Part shown: in pieces, positions 1-7,976 of the stretch
Layout: each line of letters starts with the position of its first letter
Numbering within the stretch: position 1 is the stretch's first letter
Virus record (IMG/VR): IMGVR_UViG_3300010376_000072
Span: 1-39,839 of that record
Source: a virus
Taxonomy: Duplodnaviria > Caudoviricetes
Reading direction: 5' to 3' (one strand)
DNA length: 39,839 nt
Program-made: the position numbers and the translations under genes
The notes under the pieces: model-generated
Databases searched by the model: none
Told to the model about the DNA's origin: nothing
What the model saw: only the letters and a program-made list of their open reading frames with translations

Positions 1-354
1 GAACAAAATCGCAAATCTCCACAACAAACCGCCATCGACGAAGGACGCGATCCAGAAATCAAACCACCGCTCGAAGAAACCGGCGGCGTCCCAGGCGGCT
101 CTCCTGCTCGTCCTCTCGACGAACAACCCAAACCAGAAGGCGAGGATGTATCTACACAAGGAGCTACAGCACCAGAACCACCAGGCGCGCGTAATCATAA
201 ACCCGGTGAACATGAGCAACCTTCCAGACAAGAAACCGTAACAGCCGCGGAATACATGCAACGCGCGGGTCCGCCACTGCCATCACCTCGTGCTCCTCCG
301 CAACCGGAAATACACTCTCGCGAAGGGTCGCGTCATGGTAGGCCTCATCCGTAA
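1..354 (+). CDS. 3' part of a Pro/Glu/Gln-rich low-complexity hypothetical protein, probably continuing from ATG 39778 across the contig ends
   Basis: Frame 1 is open from base 1 (EQNRKSPQQTAIDEGRDPEIKPP...) to TAA 352-354. Its composition matches MSDDPQSPSQTPAEREHPDT at the window end. Confidence 0.5.
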   Translation, partial: EQNRKSPQQTAIDEGRDPEIKPPLEETGGVPGGSPARPLDEQPKPEGEDVSTQGATAPEPPGARNHKPGEHEQPSRQETVTAAEYMQRAGPPLPSPRAPPQPEIHSREGSRHGRPHP

Positions 355-372
355 CGCAAGATCAAAAGCTTA

Positions 373-759
373 GTGGCTGCTTATATGCCAATAACTGAAC
401 CAGGCAGAAAAAGAGGCCCAGGAAGACGCTTCCAAAAGGGCCAACCTTCGGCCAATCCAAAGGGCAGACCACCGGGGATAGTGGCGCGCGATCTCGCGCG
501 CCGTTACACCGAGGATGCGGTCAGAACGCTCGTGAAATGTCTTTCGTCGCCTCGTGAACGCGTGCCCGCAGCGATCGCATTGCTCGATCGAGGATGGGGC
601 AAACCAAAAGAGCAAGTCGAACAACTCAACATCAACATCGATGCGATGGGCATCGATGCACCACCAGTGCCGGAGACGCTCGAGCAGTGGCTGCAGCGTC
701 GCAAGACGACCCTGGACAAGGACCTGCTCGATTACACACCGCCGCAAGGCCACGGGTAA
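373..759 (+). CDS. terS: Putative terminase small subunit (DUF5681-like N-terminal motif)
   Basis: RFQKGQPSANPKGRPPG motif and AAIALLDRGWGKPK, upstream of the large terminase. The true start may be ATG 385. Confidence 0.65.
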   Translation: MAAYMPITEPGRKRGPGRRFQKGQPSANPKGRPPGIVARDLARRYTEDAVRTLVKCLSSPRERVPAAIALLDRGWGKPKEQVEQLNINIDAMGIDAPPVPETLEQWLQRRKTTLDKDLLDYTPPQGHG

Positions 760-999
760 AGCTAAGCCGTTGAAATGCCTGGCATTTACAGACCAAGCAA
801 CCCATACAATCCCACACACGTCCTCAACGTGGGATACTGATCAAACGACCGTTTCCAGGCGCCCCGAGTTTTGTACGCCGAGCGCCTGGCCTGGCGATAC
901 CCCCCATGGGCATTGCCGCCCTGCCCGAGACCCGCGGAAACGGCCAGCTTCGGCCTCGACCGGGCACCATCCTATACCCCACTACAGTATGCCAGGCGC

Positions 1000-1135
1000 C
1001 GCGGTCGCCCCGCGGTCGCCCCTCCCTCCCTCGACCCCCCGCCCCCATCGTCGGCAGGGGGGGGCATGAGGCCGGGCCTTTCCCCTCCATGGCCGAAAGT
1101 GCTGCCGGAGCCAGTATATACGCGGAGATATACGC
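1000..1135. other. Candidate packaging initiation site or genome end region
   Basis: Non-coding gap between terS and terL with tandem CGCGGTCGCCC x2 (1000-1021), C-runs (1035-1046), a G8 run (1057-1064) and an abrupt switch from A/C-rich to G/T-rich + strand. Confidence 0.45.
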
Positions 1136-1336
1136 ATGAACATCTGGGACGAGTTGGCGAAGGACGAGCGGTTTTATCGAGCGGTTCGGGACGGCATAGC
1201 GGACGGTTTATGGCGAGTGGCGACGCGCGGGACGGGTGTGCCGAGTGCGGAGTTTTGTGCTGTGGTGAGGGAGGGTGTGCGGGAGGCGGTTGAGGCGAAG
1301 GATTTAGCTGCATGGGCGTGGTGTTTGGAGCGGTAG
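1136..1336 (+). CDS. Small hypothetical protein
   Basis: 66 aa ORF with GGAG upstream, ending 1 nt before terL. Confidence 0.6.
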   Translation: MNIWDELAKDERFYRAVRDGIADGLWRVATRGTGVPSAEFCAVVREGVREAVEAKDLAAWAWCLER

Positions 1337-1337
1337 G

Positions 1338-2729
1338 GTGAGGTGGTCGCCGCAGCCGGGTCCGCAGACTGATGCGATACGAGCGGCGTCGGTGCCTGAG
1401 TTATTGTTTGGTGGTGCGCGTGGTGGCGGCAAATCGTCGTATTTGCTTGGCGATTACTGTGCTGGTGCCAGTCAGGGTGCGGCGTGGCGAGGGATAATTT
1501 TTCGCCAGACGTATCCGGAGCTTGAGGAGCTCATACACCTTAGTCGCAGCATCATTCCGGAGTGTTGGCCTGGCTCCGAATGGCTACAGCAGCCGAAGAC
1601 GTGGAAGTTGCCGAACGGTGCGGAGCTTCGGATGCGCAACTTAGAGAATGCGAACGATGCGGCGCATTATCAGGGTCACAGTTACACGTATATAGCGTTT
1701 GACGAGTTATGTAGTTGGCGGGACGCGTCGAGTTATCAGATGTTGCATGCGACGCTCAGGAGCACTGCGGACGTCGCTCACAAGCGGATTAGGGCCTCGG
1801 CCAACCCAGGTGGTCCTGGGCACAGTTGGGTAAAGGCGCGGTTTATCGATCCGGCGCCGCTTGGTTACGAGCCGATTGTGGACCCGGCGACTGGCCAGGT
1901 TCGGGTCTTCATACCATCGAGGTTGGAGGACAACCGGATTCTGATTGCCAAGGACCCTGCTTACATAGATCGGTTGCGTGGTGTTGGTTCTCCGGAGCTT
2001 GTGAAGGCGTGGTTGGAGGGGGATTGGAGTGTAGTTGTTGGCAGTTATTTTCCAGAGTTTGGCGCCAATCATATTCGGCGTCCTCATCATCTTCCGCGAG
2101 GGTGGTTGCGTTTCAAGGCGTTGGACTGGGGCAGTGCGCGGCCGGCGTGTGTATTGTGGCTTGCGGTGAGTGACGGCAGTTTGCCGGCCTACCCGGTTGG
2201 CGCTCTCGTTGTGTATCGGGAGTTATATCTAGCATCTGGTCCGAACGTTGGCCTGCGTTTGACTGTGGAGCAGGTAGCGGAGCGCATTGCCGAGGCGGAG
2301 CTTGGTGACGAGAGATGTGCTTATGGTGTCGCGGATCCTGCGATTTTCACTTCTGATGGCGGCCCCAGCATTGCGGAGCGTTTTGCCGCTCGCAAAGTCC
2401 TCTTTCGGCCTGCCGACAACAAGCGGGTTGGGAAATTGGGGGCATCTGCGGGGTGGGATCTCATCCGCCAAAGGCTAATCGGCGATGACGGTATTCCGAT
2501 GCTGTATGTACAATCGACATGCGCCAATCTGATCCGGACGTTGCCTGCGTTGCAGCATGACCAGGCGCGTCCGGAGGATGTGGACACGAATGCGGAGGAC
2601 CATGCGGCGGACACGCTCCGCTATGCGTGTGCATCGAGGCCGTGGGTGCGGGCGACCAAGTACACTGCGGACCATGTAAGTATGGACATGTTGTGGGAGT
2701 TGCGGGAGCAGGATCGGCGTCGGATGTGA
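1338..2729 (+). CDS. terL: Terminase large subunit
   Basis: Walker A GGARGGGKS, Walker B YIAFDEL, ANPGGPGHSWVK, and RNase H-like nuclease motifs ALDWG and EDHAADTLRY. Confidence 0.95.
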   Translation: MRWSPQPGPQTDAIRAASVPELLFGGARGGGKSSYLLGDYCAGASQGAAWRGIIFRQTYPELEELIHLSRSIIPECWPGSEWLQQPKTWKLPNGAELRMRNLENANDAAHYQGHSYTYIAFDELCSWRDASSYQMLHATLRSTADVAHKRIRASANPGGPGHSWVKARFIDPAPLGYEPIVDPATGQVRVFIPSRLEDNRILIAKDPAYIDRLRGVGSPELVKAWLEGDWSVVVGSYFPEFGANHIRRPHHLPRGWLRFKALDWGSARPACVLWLAVSDGSLPAYPVGALVVYRELYLASGPNVGLRLTVEQVAERIAEAELGDERCAYGVADPAIFTSDGGPSIAERFAARKVLFRPADNKRVGKLGASAGWDLIRQRLIGDDGIPMLYVQSTCANLIRTLPALQHDQARPEDVDTNAEDHAADTLRYACASRPWVRATKYTADHVSMDMLWELREQDRRRM

Positions 2730-2732
2730 GGT

Positions 2733-2915
2733 ATGCGGCTGGGCCGATTACTGGAGCTGGAGCGGTTATCGGCGCATCTGGGGGGTTTGGATTTAGGCAT
2801 GAGCACGATCGAGTTTCTGGATCATCTCACCACGATTTTCTTTGATCTTGTCATGCCTGCGCTCTCTGTTTGGATCATCACTTTGCTGCGCGAGATTTTG
2901 GACCATCAGAAATGA
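2733..2915 (+). CDS. Small membrane protein, possible holin (alternative start ATG 2799)
   Basis: Hydrophobic stretch TTIFFDLVMPALSVWIITLL with a charged C-terminus, two genes upstream of the endolysin. Confidence 0.35.
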   Translation: MRLGRLLELERLSAHLGGLDLGMSTIEFLDHLTTIFFDLVMPALSVWIITLLREILDHQK

Positions 2916-3049
2916 GTATGACGAAGTCTGAGATGGAGACGTTGCGACAAGATCTGCACGGTATATCGGAGCAATTGGCTCGGATTGAGCGAGCGATGGC
3001 GGAGTTATTGCGGCAGTTATCGCGTGTGGCTGGGCGGCCGGTCGAATGA
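2912..3049 (+). CDS. Small coiled-coil hypothetical protein (45 aa, not in ORF track)
   Basis: MSMTKSEMETLRQDLHGISEQLARIERAMAELLRQLSRVAGRPVE, with ATGA overlaps at both ends. Confidence 0.55.
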   Translation: MSMTKSEMETLRQDLHGISEQLARIERAMAELLRQLSRVAGRPVE

Positions 3050-3453
3050 GGCCTGAGGCGCGGGCGGTTGCGGTGGATTATTTAGCGCGGACGATTTGGG
3101 GCGAGGCGAGGGGTGAGGGGCGGTCTGGGATGGAGGCGGTTGCGAGTGTGATCATGACCCGGGTTGCCGACCCCAGGCGGTGGCCCTCTGATGTGCGTTC
3201 TGTGGTGACGCAGCCGTGGCAGTTCAGTGCGTGGAATCGGAGCGATGTGAATCGGCCGCAGATGTTGGCTGTGACGGAGCGGGACGCGCAGTTTCGCATT
3301 GCCCGAGAGATTGCGGAGCGGGCGTTATCTGGGACATTGGCGGATCGGACGGGGGGTGCGAATCATTTTCACACGCACAGCGTTAATCCGTCATGGAGCC
3401 GTGGCGTGCGGCCGGTTGCGATCATAGGTGGGCACCGATTTTTCCGCCTTTAG
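3046..3453 (+). CDS. Cell wall hydrolase, SleB/Hydrolase_2 family (probable endolysin)
   Basis: LARTIWGEARGE (catalytic Glu), AVASVIMTRV, QFSAWN, GANHFH, P-x-W, IGGHRFF. Confidence 0.9.
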   Translation: MRPEARAVAVDYLARTIWGEARGEGRSGMEAVASVIMTRVADPRRWPSDVRSVVTQPWQFSAWNRSDVNRPQMLAVTERDAQFRIAREIAERALSGTLADRTGGANHFHTHSVNPSWSRGVRPVAIIGGHRFFRL

Positions 3454-3461
3454 GAGGTAGG

Positions 3462-3749
3462 ATGAGTGTTACCGCGTTTACGCCTGGGCGGACCTATCAG
3501 CTAGCGGTGAGTGCGACGGCGTCTGCGCAGCAGACGGTGAACGCTGACGCCCACTCGATCCGTTTGCTCAATGCGGCGCCGGCGATCGTCTATGTGAAGA
3601 TCGGCACTGGCGCGCAGACGGCAACGCCCAACGACACGCCCCTCTTACCCAACGTGGTCGAGCTGTTCTTCAAGGGCTCAGGTGCTGACACGGTGGCGGC
3701 GATCGGGGGTCCTGGGCTGCTTTATATCACCACTGGCGAGGGCATCTGA
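3462..3749 (+). CDS. Small beta-rich virion protein, paralog of 7680..7976 (putative fibre anchor)
   Basis: RBS AGGAGG. Reads MSVTAFTP...IRLLN...VYVK...VELF...LYITTGEGI. Confidence 0.7.
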   Translation: MSVTAFTPGRTYQLAVSATASAQQTVNADAHSIRLLNAAPAIVYVKIGTGAQTATPNDTPLLPNVVELFFKGSGADTVAAIGGPGLLYITTGEGI

Positions 3750-3750
3750 G

Positions 3751-5598
3751 ATGCTGCGCGCCGTCTCTCCGGGCCTGGGCGCTGGCGGGGGCGGCAACGG
3801 CGGCTCGACCGTTACTTTCCCGATTATGATCAGCCAGGGCGGCACTGGCTCGGTCACTGCGGCGACGGCGCTCGATGGCCTGGCGCAGGTTTCGGGCGCC
3901 ACGGCGGGCTATCTCAACCGTTCCAGTGCGGGGCTGTGGTCACTGGGGACGCCGGCAAGCGGCGGGATTACCGAGCCGGTCACGCTTTCTCAGCTATTCA
4001 GCCTCAATAACCGGGCGCGGTTTGGTGCCACGACCAACCTCACGCCGGTCAATGGCGAGATCTGGTATGACGGCAGCACGTTCCGGCTGTACCAAGGCGG
4101 GCAGAATATCGCGTTGCCGGCCGGCGGTCCTCCGGGACCGCAGGGTGACCCTGGTCCGACCGGATCGGCTGGTCCGCCAGGACCGCCCGGTGCGACTGGC
4201 AATACTGGGTTGCAAGGCGATCCCGGGCCGGCTGGAGCGACTGGTGGCGTAGGGCCGCAGGGCAACGTTGGCCCTCCGGGTCCGACCGGAAATACCGGGT
4301 TGCAGGGCAACGTTGGGCCGCCCGGAGCCACTGGCGATCCTGGGCCGCGGGGCGATCAGGGACCACCCGGGCCAACCGGAGATCGCGGACCGCCGGGTGC
4401 GGACAGCACGGTGCCTGGGCCGCCCGGGCCGCAGGGGCCGCCCGGTGATCCGGGAACCGGTGGTGGCGGGATCACCGAGCCGGTCACGCTTTCTCAGCTG
4501 TTGACGACCAATGCTGGGATTAATGTCACGGGCGGCGGGATTGCCGTGACCGGTAACATCACGCAGGCGTCTGGCACGGCGCCGTGGCTGGCGTTGAGCG
4601 GCGGGACGCTCACGGGCGCGCTGAACGTCCAGAGCAATCTCGTGGTGGCCGGTTCGGCCCAGGTCATCAACACGCTAAGCTGCACCACGCTCCGCGATTA
4701 CACGGCCAACATTGCGCCGCTCTTGCCTGCCGTCGATGCCACCAATGCCAACCAAGCGGTGCGGCTTGCCCAAGTACAGGCGCTGGTTGCCGCTGTTCCG
4801 GCCGGCCCCACCGGGCCGGCGGGACCGCCGGGCAACGTCGGACCCGCCGGTCCGACCGGCAACGCCGGGCCGCAAGGTAATCCAGGACCCCAGGGCGATC
4901 AGGGACCGGTGGGCACTGAGGCGACGGTTTCTCTGTCGCCGACCGCGCCGGCCAATCCGGAGCCCGGCCGACTTTGGTGGCGGCAGGCAGATGGGAATCT
5001 GTATGTGCGCCACTCCAACGGCTCGGCGCAGTGGGTGGTGGCCAATTCTGCGTTGCCAGGACCGCCCGGTGCGAACGGTGCGCCTGGACCGGCTGGGCCG
5101 CCTGGAGCGGATGGATTGAACGGTGCGGACGGATCGCTGGGCCAGGGTGCGATCACGGGCGGCAATGCGGCTGCCGGGATGGTCGGCGAGTATCTGGAGA
5201 CGAACGTAACGACAGCGGTTTCTGTGACCGCGAACGCCCAAACCATCATTGCCTCGATTACCGGCGCCCCCGGCGATTGGGAGGTCTGGGGCAACGTCAG
5301 GTTCACTAATACGGCGGCCATGACCGCTGTGGCCGCAGGCTCCCTGCAATGCTGGGTGGCGCCGAACAACGTCAACGTTGCCAATCCGGTGGCCAATGCG
5401 TCGCTGCACTATAATGTCTTCACCTGGGGCACTGCCTCGCAGGCGAACATGGCTGCCGGCAGCGTCAATGCTTTGGCCGCACCAAGGCGCCGCTTCAGCA
5501 CCAGCTTTTCGGGCGCTGGCTGGACTTTTCAATTGATGTTCCAGGCGGTCGGCGCGGGCACCGCGACCGGCTTTATTGCGGCGCGGAGGATGCGATGA
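3751..5598 (+). CDS. Collagen-like fibre protein with C-terminal 'ARRMR' beta domain
   Basis: ATG 3751 (MLRAV). Three Gly-X-Y tracts (~4126-4455, ~4804-4914, ~5059-5150). C-terminal domain [12 protein letters not shown]...GDWEVWG...AARRMR. Confidence 0.85.
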   Translation: MLRAVSPGLGAGGGGNGGSTVTFPIMISQGGTGSVTAATALDGLAQVSGATAGYLNRSSAGLWSLGTPASGGITEPVTLSQLFSLNNRARFGATTNLTPVNGEIWYDGSTFRLYQGGQNIALPAGGPPGPQGDPGPTGSAGPPGPPGATGNTGLQGDPGPAGATGGVGPQGNVGPPGPTGNTGLQGNVGPPGATGDPGPRGDQGPPGPTGDRGPPGADSTVPGPPGPQGPPGDPGTGGGGITEPVTLSQLLTTNAGINVTGGGIAVTGNITQASGTAPWLALSGGTLTGALNVQSNLVVAGSAQVINTLSCTTLRDYTANIAPLLPAVDATNANQAVRLAQVQALVAAVPAGPTGPAGPPGNVGPAGPTGNAGPQGNPGPQGDQGPVGTEATVSLSPTAPANPEPGRLWWRQADGNLYVRHSNGSAQWVVANSALPGPPGANGAPGPAGPPGADGLNGADGSLGQGAITGGNAAAGMVGEYLETNVTTAVSVTANAQTIIASITGAPGDWEVWGNVRFTNTAAMTAVAAGSLQCWVAPNNVNVANPVANASLHYNVFTWGTASQANMAAGSVNALAAPRRRFSTSFSGAGWTFQLMFQAVGAGTATGFIAARRMR

Positions 5599-7226
5599 GC
5601 GGCGCGCTGACGTGGCCGCCGAGCCCGAACGACGGCGATACGTTCGATCGCTGGAGCTACGACGCCTCGATCCCAGGCTGGGTTGCCACCGGCAACGGTG
5701 GCGGTGGCGGCGGTCTCACGGAACCGGTCACACTTAGCCAAGTGCTGACCGCGACCGGCGGCATATCCATGCCGCCATGGACGTTGTCGATTATCGGCAC
5801 GAATCCCTGGCAAGACCTCGTCGCCAGCACCGCTGGAAGTGGCAGTCTCGACGTTGCCAGCCTGAAGCTCAGCTCGCTGTCCGGACGCCCTGTCTTTAAC
5901 GAGCCACTTGAGATTCTTCCGCCGTTACGGGGCGGCTGGGGCAATCCGATTCAGTTTCTGACCGGCATTGCCACCACGGGCGGCGCGAGCGGCGGCTCTC
6001 TGGTGTCAATCAAGCCCACCGTTTCCGGAACGTGGCACACGCTCGATATCGACACCAACGGCGCCGGGGCGAATGCCGTCCACGTCCACGATGGTGCGCT
6101 GGAGTACTTCTGGCTGTACGACAACGGCAACACCGGGAAGCTGGACTTCCGGGGCGACGTGGACCTTACCGGCAGCCTCGTCAGCAACGGCTACACGCAA
6201 GTCGTCACGTCGCTGGACAACCAAGAAGTGCTGTGGGTCAGCAACAACGCCGCCAGCGGCATGGCGGCGAACTTTCAGGCCAGCAGTGCCACGCTGGCGT
6301 CTGTCATCGTGGGTAATCAGGGCGGCGGCCCCGGGCTATCGGTAGAGGATGGCGGCATCCGGGTCGGTGCGCCCACCGGGCCTGCGGTGCCTGCGAACAG
6401 CCTCAACGTGCAAGGCGGGCTCTACATTAATGGCGTGGCGGCTGGAGGTGGCGGTGGCGGCGGCATACCGGAGCCGGCCACGGCGGGTTCTTTCCTGCGC
6501 ACTAATACCGGCACCTGGGTGCCGGGAATGCCAACCTCCGGCACCGTGTCGCTGCCGGCAGCACTTACGCTGACCACGGGCACGCAGTTCGATCTCGTGA
6601 CGCTGAGCGCGTGGATCAACAATCCGTTGCTGACTATCTACAATTACAGCACGGCGGCGAAGTTCACCACTGGTACCGCCGGCACACCCACGCTCCTCCT
6701 GATCAATAGTGGCGGTGGTGATGCGATTAAGGCGACCGGCGATATCGATATTACCGGGCGGTATCTAATTAACGGCGTACCGCTTCAAACCGGTGGCGGC
6801 GGTTCAGGCTTAGGCGTCACCGACGGTTCTAACGCCGCAGCGGGCTATGTCGGCGAAGTGCTGCAATTAGCGGGAACCATTCAAGTCACGTACGCGTCCG
6901 GCGCTGGGATGATGATCGGGCAGCTCGATCTCACGGCGGGAGATTGGGAGGTCTGCGGCGTCATCACGGGACCGCAGAATGCTGTGACACCGACCGCTTT
7001 GGCGGCCTGGACGGCGATTACTACCAGTGCCACGCCCGGCTTTCCCTCTGATGTTTCGCTCTGGACCGGAGGCGTGGTCGGCAATTCGGCCAACCTCTCG
7101 CTTGCGCTCGCCGTGACGCGGTGGAACGTCTCGGTTCCCACCTCGATTTATCTGCACATGTTTGGGGTGGCGGCAGTTTCTAACGTCACTTTCACTCGCC
7201 GCCTGACCGCGCGCAGGATGCGGTGA
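5595..7226 (+). CDS. Fibre protein with foldon-like motif and C-terminal 'ARRMR' domain
   Basis: Gly-rich hinges and TEPVTLSQ repeat. C-terminal [13 protein letters not shown]...GDWEVCG...TARRMR. ATGA overlap with the upstream gene. Confidence 0.8.
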   Translation: MSGALTWPPSPNDGDTFDRWSYDASIPGWVATGNGGGGGGLTEPVTLSQVLTATGGISMPPWTLSIIGTNPWQDLVASTAGSGSLDVASLKLSSLSGRPVFNEPLEILPPLRGGWGNPIQFLTGIATTGGASGGSLVSIKPTVSGTWHTLDIDTNGAGANAVHVHDGALEYFWLYDNGNTGKLDFRGDVDLTGSLVSNGYTQVVTSLDNQEVLWVSNNAASGMAANFQASSATLASVIVGNQGGGPGLSVEDGGIRVGAPTGPAVPANSLNVQGGLYINGVAAGGGGGGGIPEPATAGSFLRTNTGTWVPGMPTSGTVSLPAALTLTTGTQFDLVTLSAWINNPLLTIYNYSTAAKFTTGTAGTPTLLLINSGGGDAIKATGDIDITGRYLINGVPLQTGGGGSGLGVTDGSNAAAGYVGEVLQLAGTIQVTYASGAGMMIGQLDLTAGDWEVCGVITGPQNAVTPTALAAWTAITTSATPGFPSDVSLWTGGVVGNSANLSLALAVTRWNVSVPTSIYLHMFGVAAVSNVTFTRRLTARRMR

Positions 7227-7230
7227 GCGA

Positions 7231-7683
7231 ATGCTGCGTGCGGGTGGATCATCGGCGATCGTAGCAACCGGCGGCTCCGAGGCGTTGCCGGGATGTGTGG
7301 GCGAGGTGCTGTCGGCGACGTTCCACCAGACCAACCTGCCCGGCGGCCACTCTAAGTTCGGCACGTTCGGCTCGATCGAGTTGTCCCCGGGCGACTGGAG
7401 CGTGGACGGCAGGGTGCGCACCCATACCGGTGCCGAGGGCGGCAACTACAACACCTTGCTGGCCCGCCTCGATGATAGCGAGCCAACGTCTTATCGCTGG
7501 GCGATGGACTGCGACACCGCGCCGCTTTCCTGCATCTGGGGCACGTGTGGGTTCGCGATTACCAAGCGGTTCAACGTCGCCGTATCAACAACCGTCTATC
7601 TCGGCTATGTCGCGATCAACACCCCGCAGGGTGACGGCGCCTTTGACGCGGACTGCACCATCGAGGCGAGGCGCATGCGATGA
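7231..7683 (+). CDS. Stand-alone 'ARRMR' domain protein
   Basis: MLRAG...GSEALPGCVGEVL...GDWSVDG...KRFNVAVSTTVYL...EARRMR. It consists of the shared domain only. Confidence 0.75.
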   Translation: MLRAGGSSAIVATGGSEALPGCVGEVLSATFHQTNLPGGHSKFGTFGSIELSPGDWSVDGRVRTHTGAEGGNYNTLLARLDDSEPTSYRWAMDCDTAPLSCIWGTCGFAITKRFNVAVSTTVYLGYVAINTPQGDGAFDADCTIEARRMR

Positions 7684-7976
7684 GCCTGCTCGCTTTTACT
7701 CCAAGTGCGGCGATCACCATCGGGGTGACGACCGCTCAGGGCGTCGCGATCGTCCAGGGTAACGGACACTACCTCCGCTTCGCCAACGCGGGTGCGGGCA
7801 ATGTGTATGTGCTGTTCTTCGAGCCGGCAGACCCGGTGCCAACCGTCACCATCAATGCGATGATGATCCCGGGCGGGGCGATCGAGGTGTTTTCCGTCGC
7901 CACCGACCGCACCCAGGTGGCGTATATGGGCGATGCGGCAACGACCCTGAACGTCTGCCGGGGCGAGGGACAATGA
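7680..7976 (+). CDS. Small beta-rich virion protein, paralog of 3462..3749
   Basis: MSLLAFTP...LRFAN...VYVL...IEVF...LNVCRGEGQ. Confidence 0.7.
   Translation: MSLLAFTPSAAITIGVTTAQGVAIVQGNGHYLRFANAGAGNVYVLFFEPADPVPTVTINAMMIPGGAIEVFSVATDRTQVAYMGDAATTLNVCRGEGQ

Noticed and set aside
760-1135. Protein-coding ORFs or a structured ncRNA between terS and terL
   Set aside because: The overlapping ORFs are low-complexity without an RBS, and I could not recognise a tRNA or known RNA fold. Treated as a non-coding packaging region.
3393-3750. ORF-track starts at 3393 and 3682 (also 18909, 20849, 24288, 24463, 32889, 37559, 38498, 39229)
   Set aside because: They overlap upstream genes extensively. Downstream starts with an RBS or stop-start coupling fit better.
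4126-5150. Repetitive DNA as a CRISPR or tandem array
   Set aside because: The periodicity is explained by Gly-X-Y collagen coding, and there is no repeat-spacer structure.
6465-6480. IPEPA as a second PEP-CTERM signal
   Set aside because: It is internal, with no following transmembrane helix or basic tail. A foldon-like motif explains it better.
3751-7683. Diversity-generating retroelement acting on the repeated fibre C-termini
   Set aside because: No reverse transcriptase ORF is present, and there is no near-identical template/variable repeat pair differing only at adenines. The copies are diverged paralogs.
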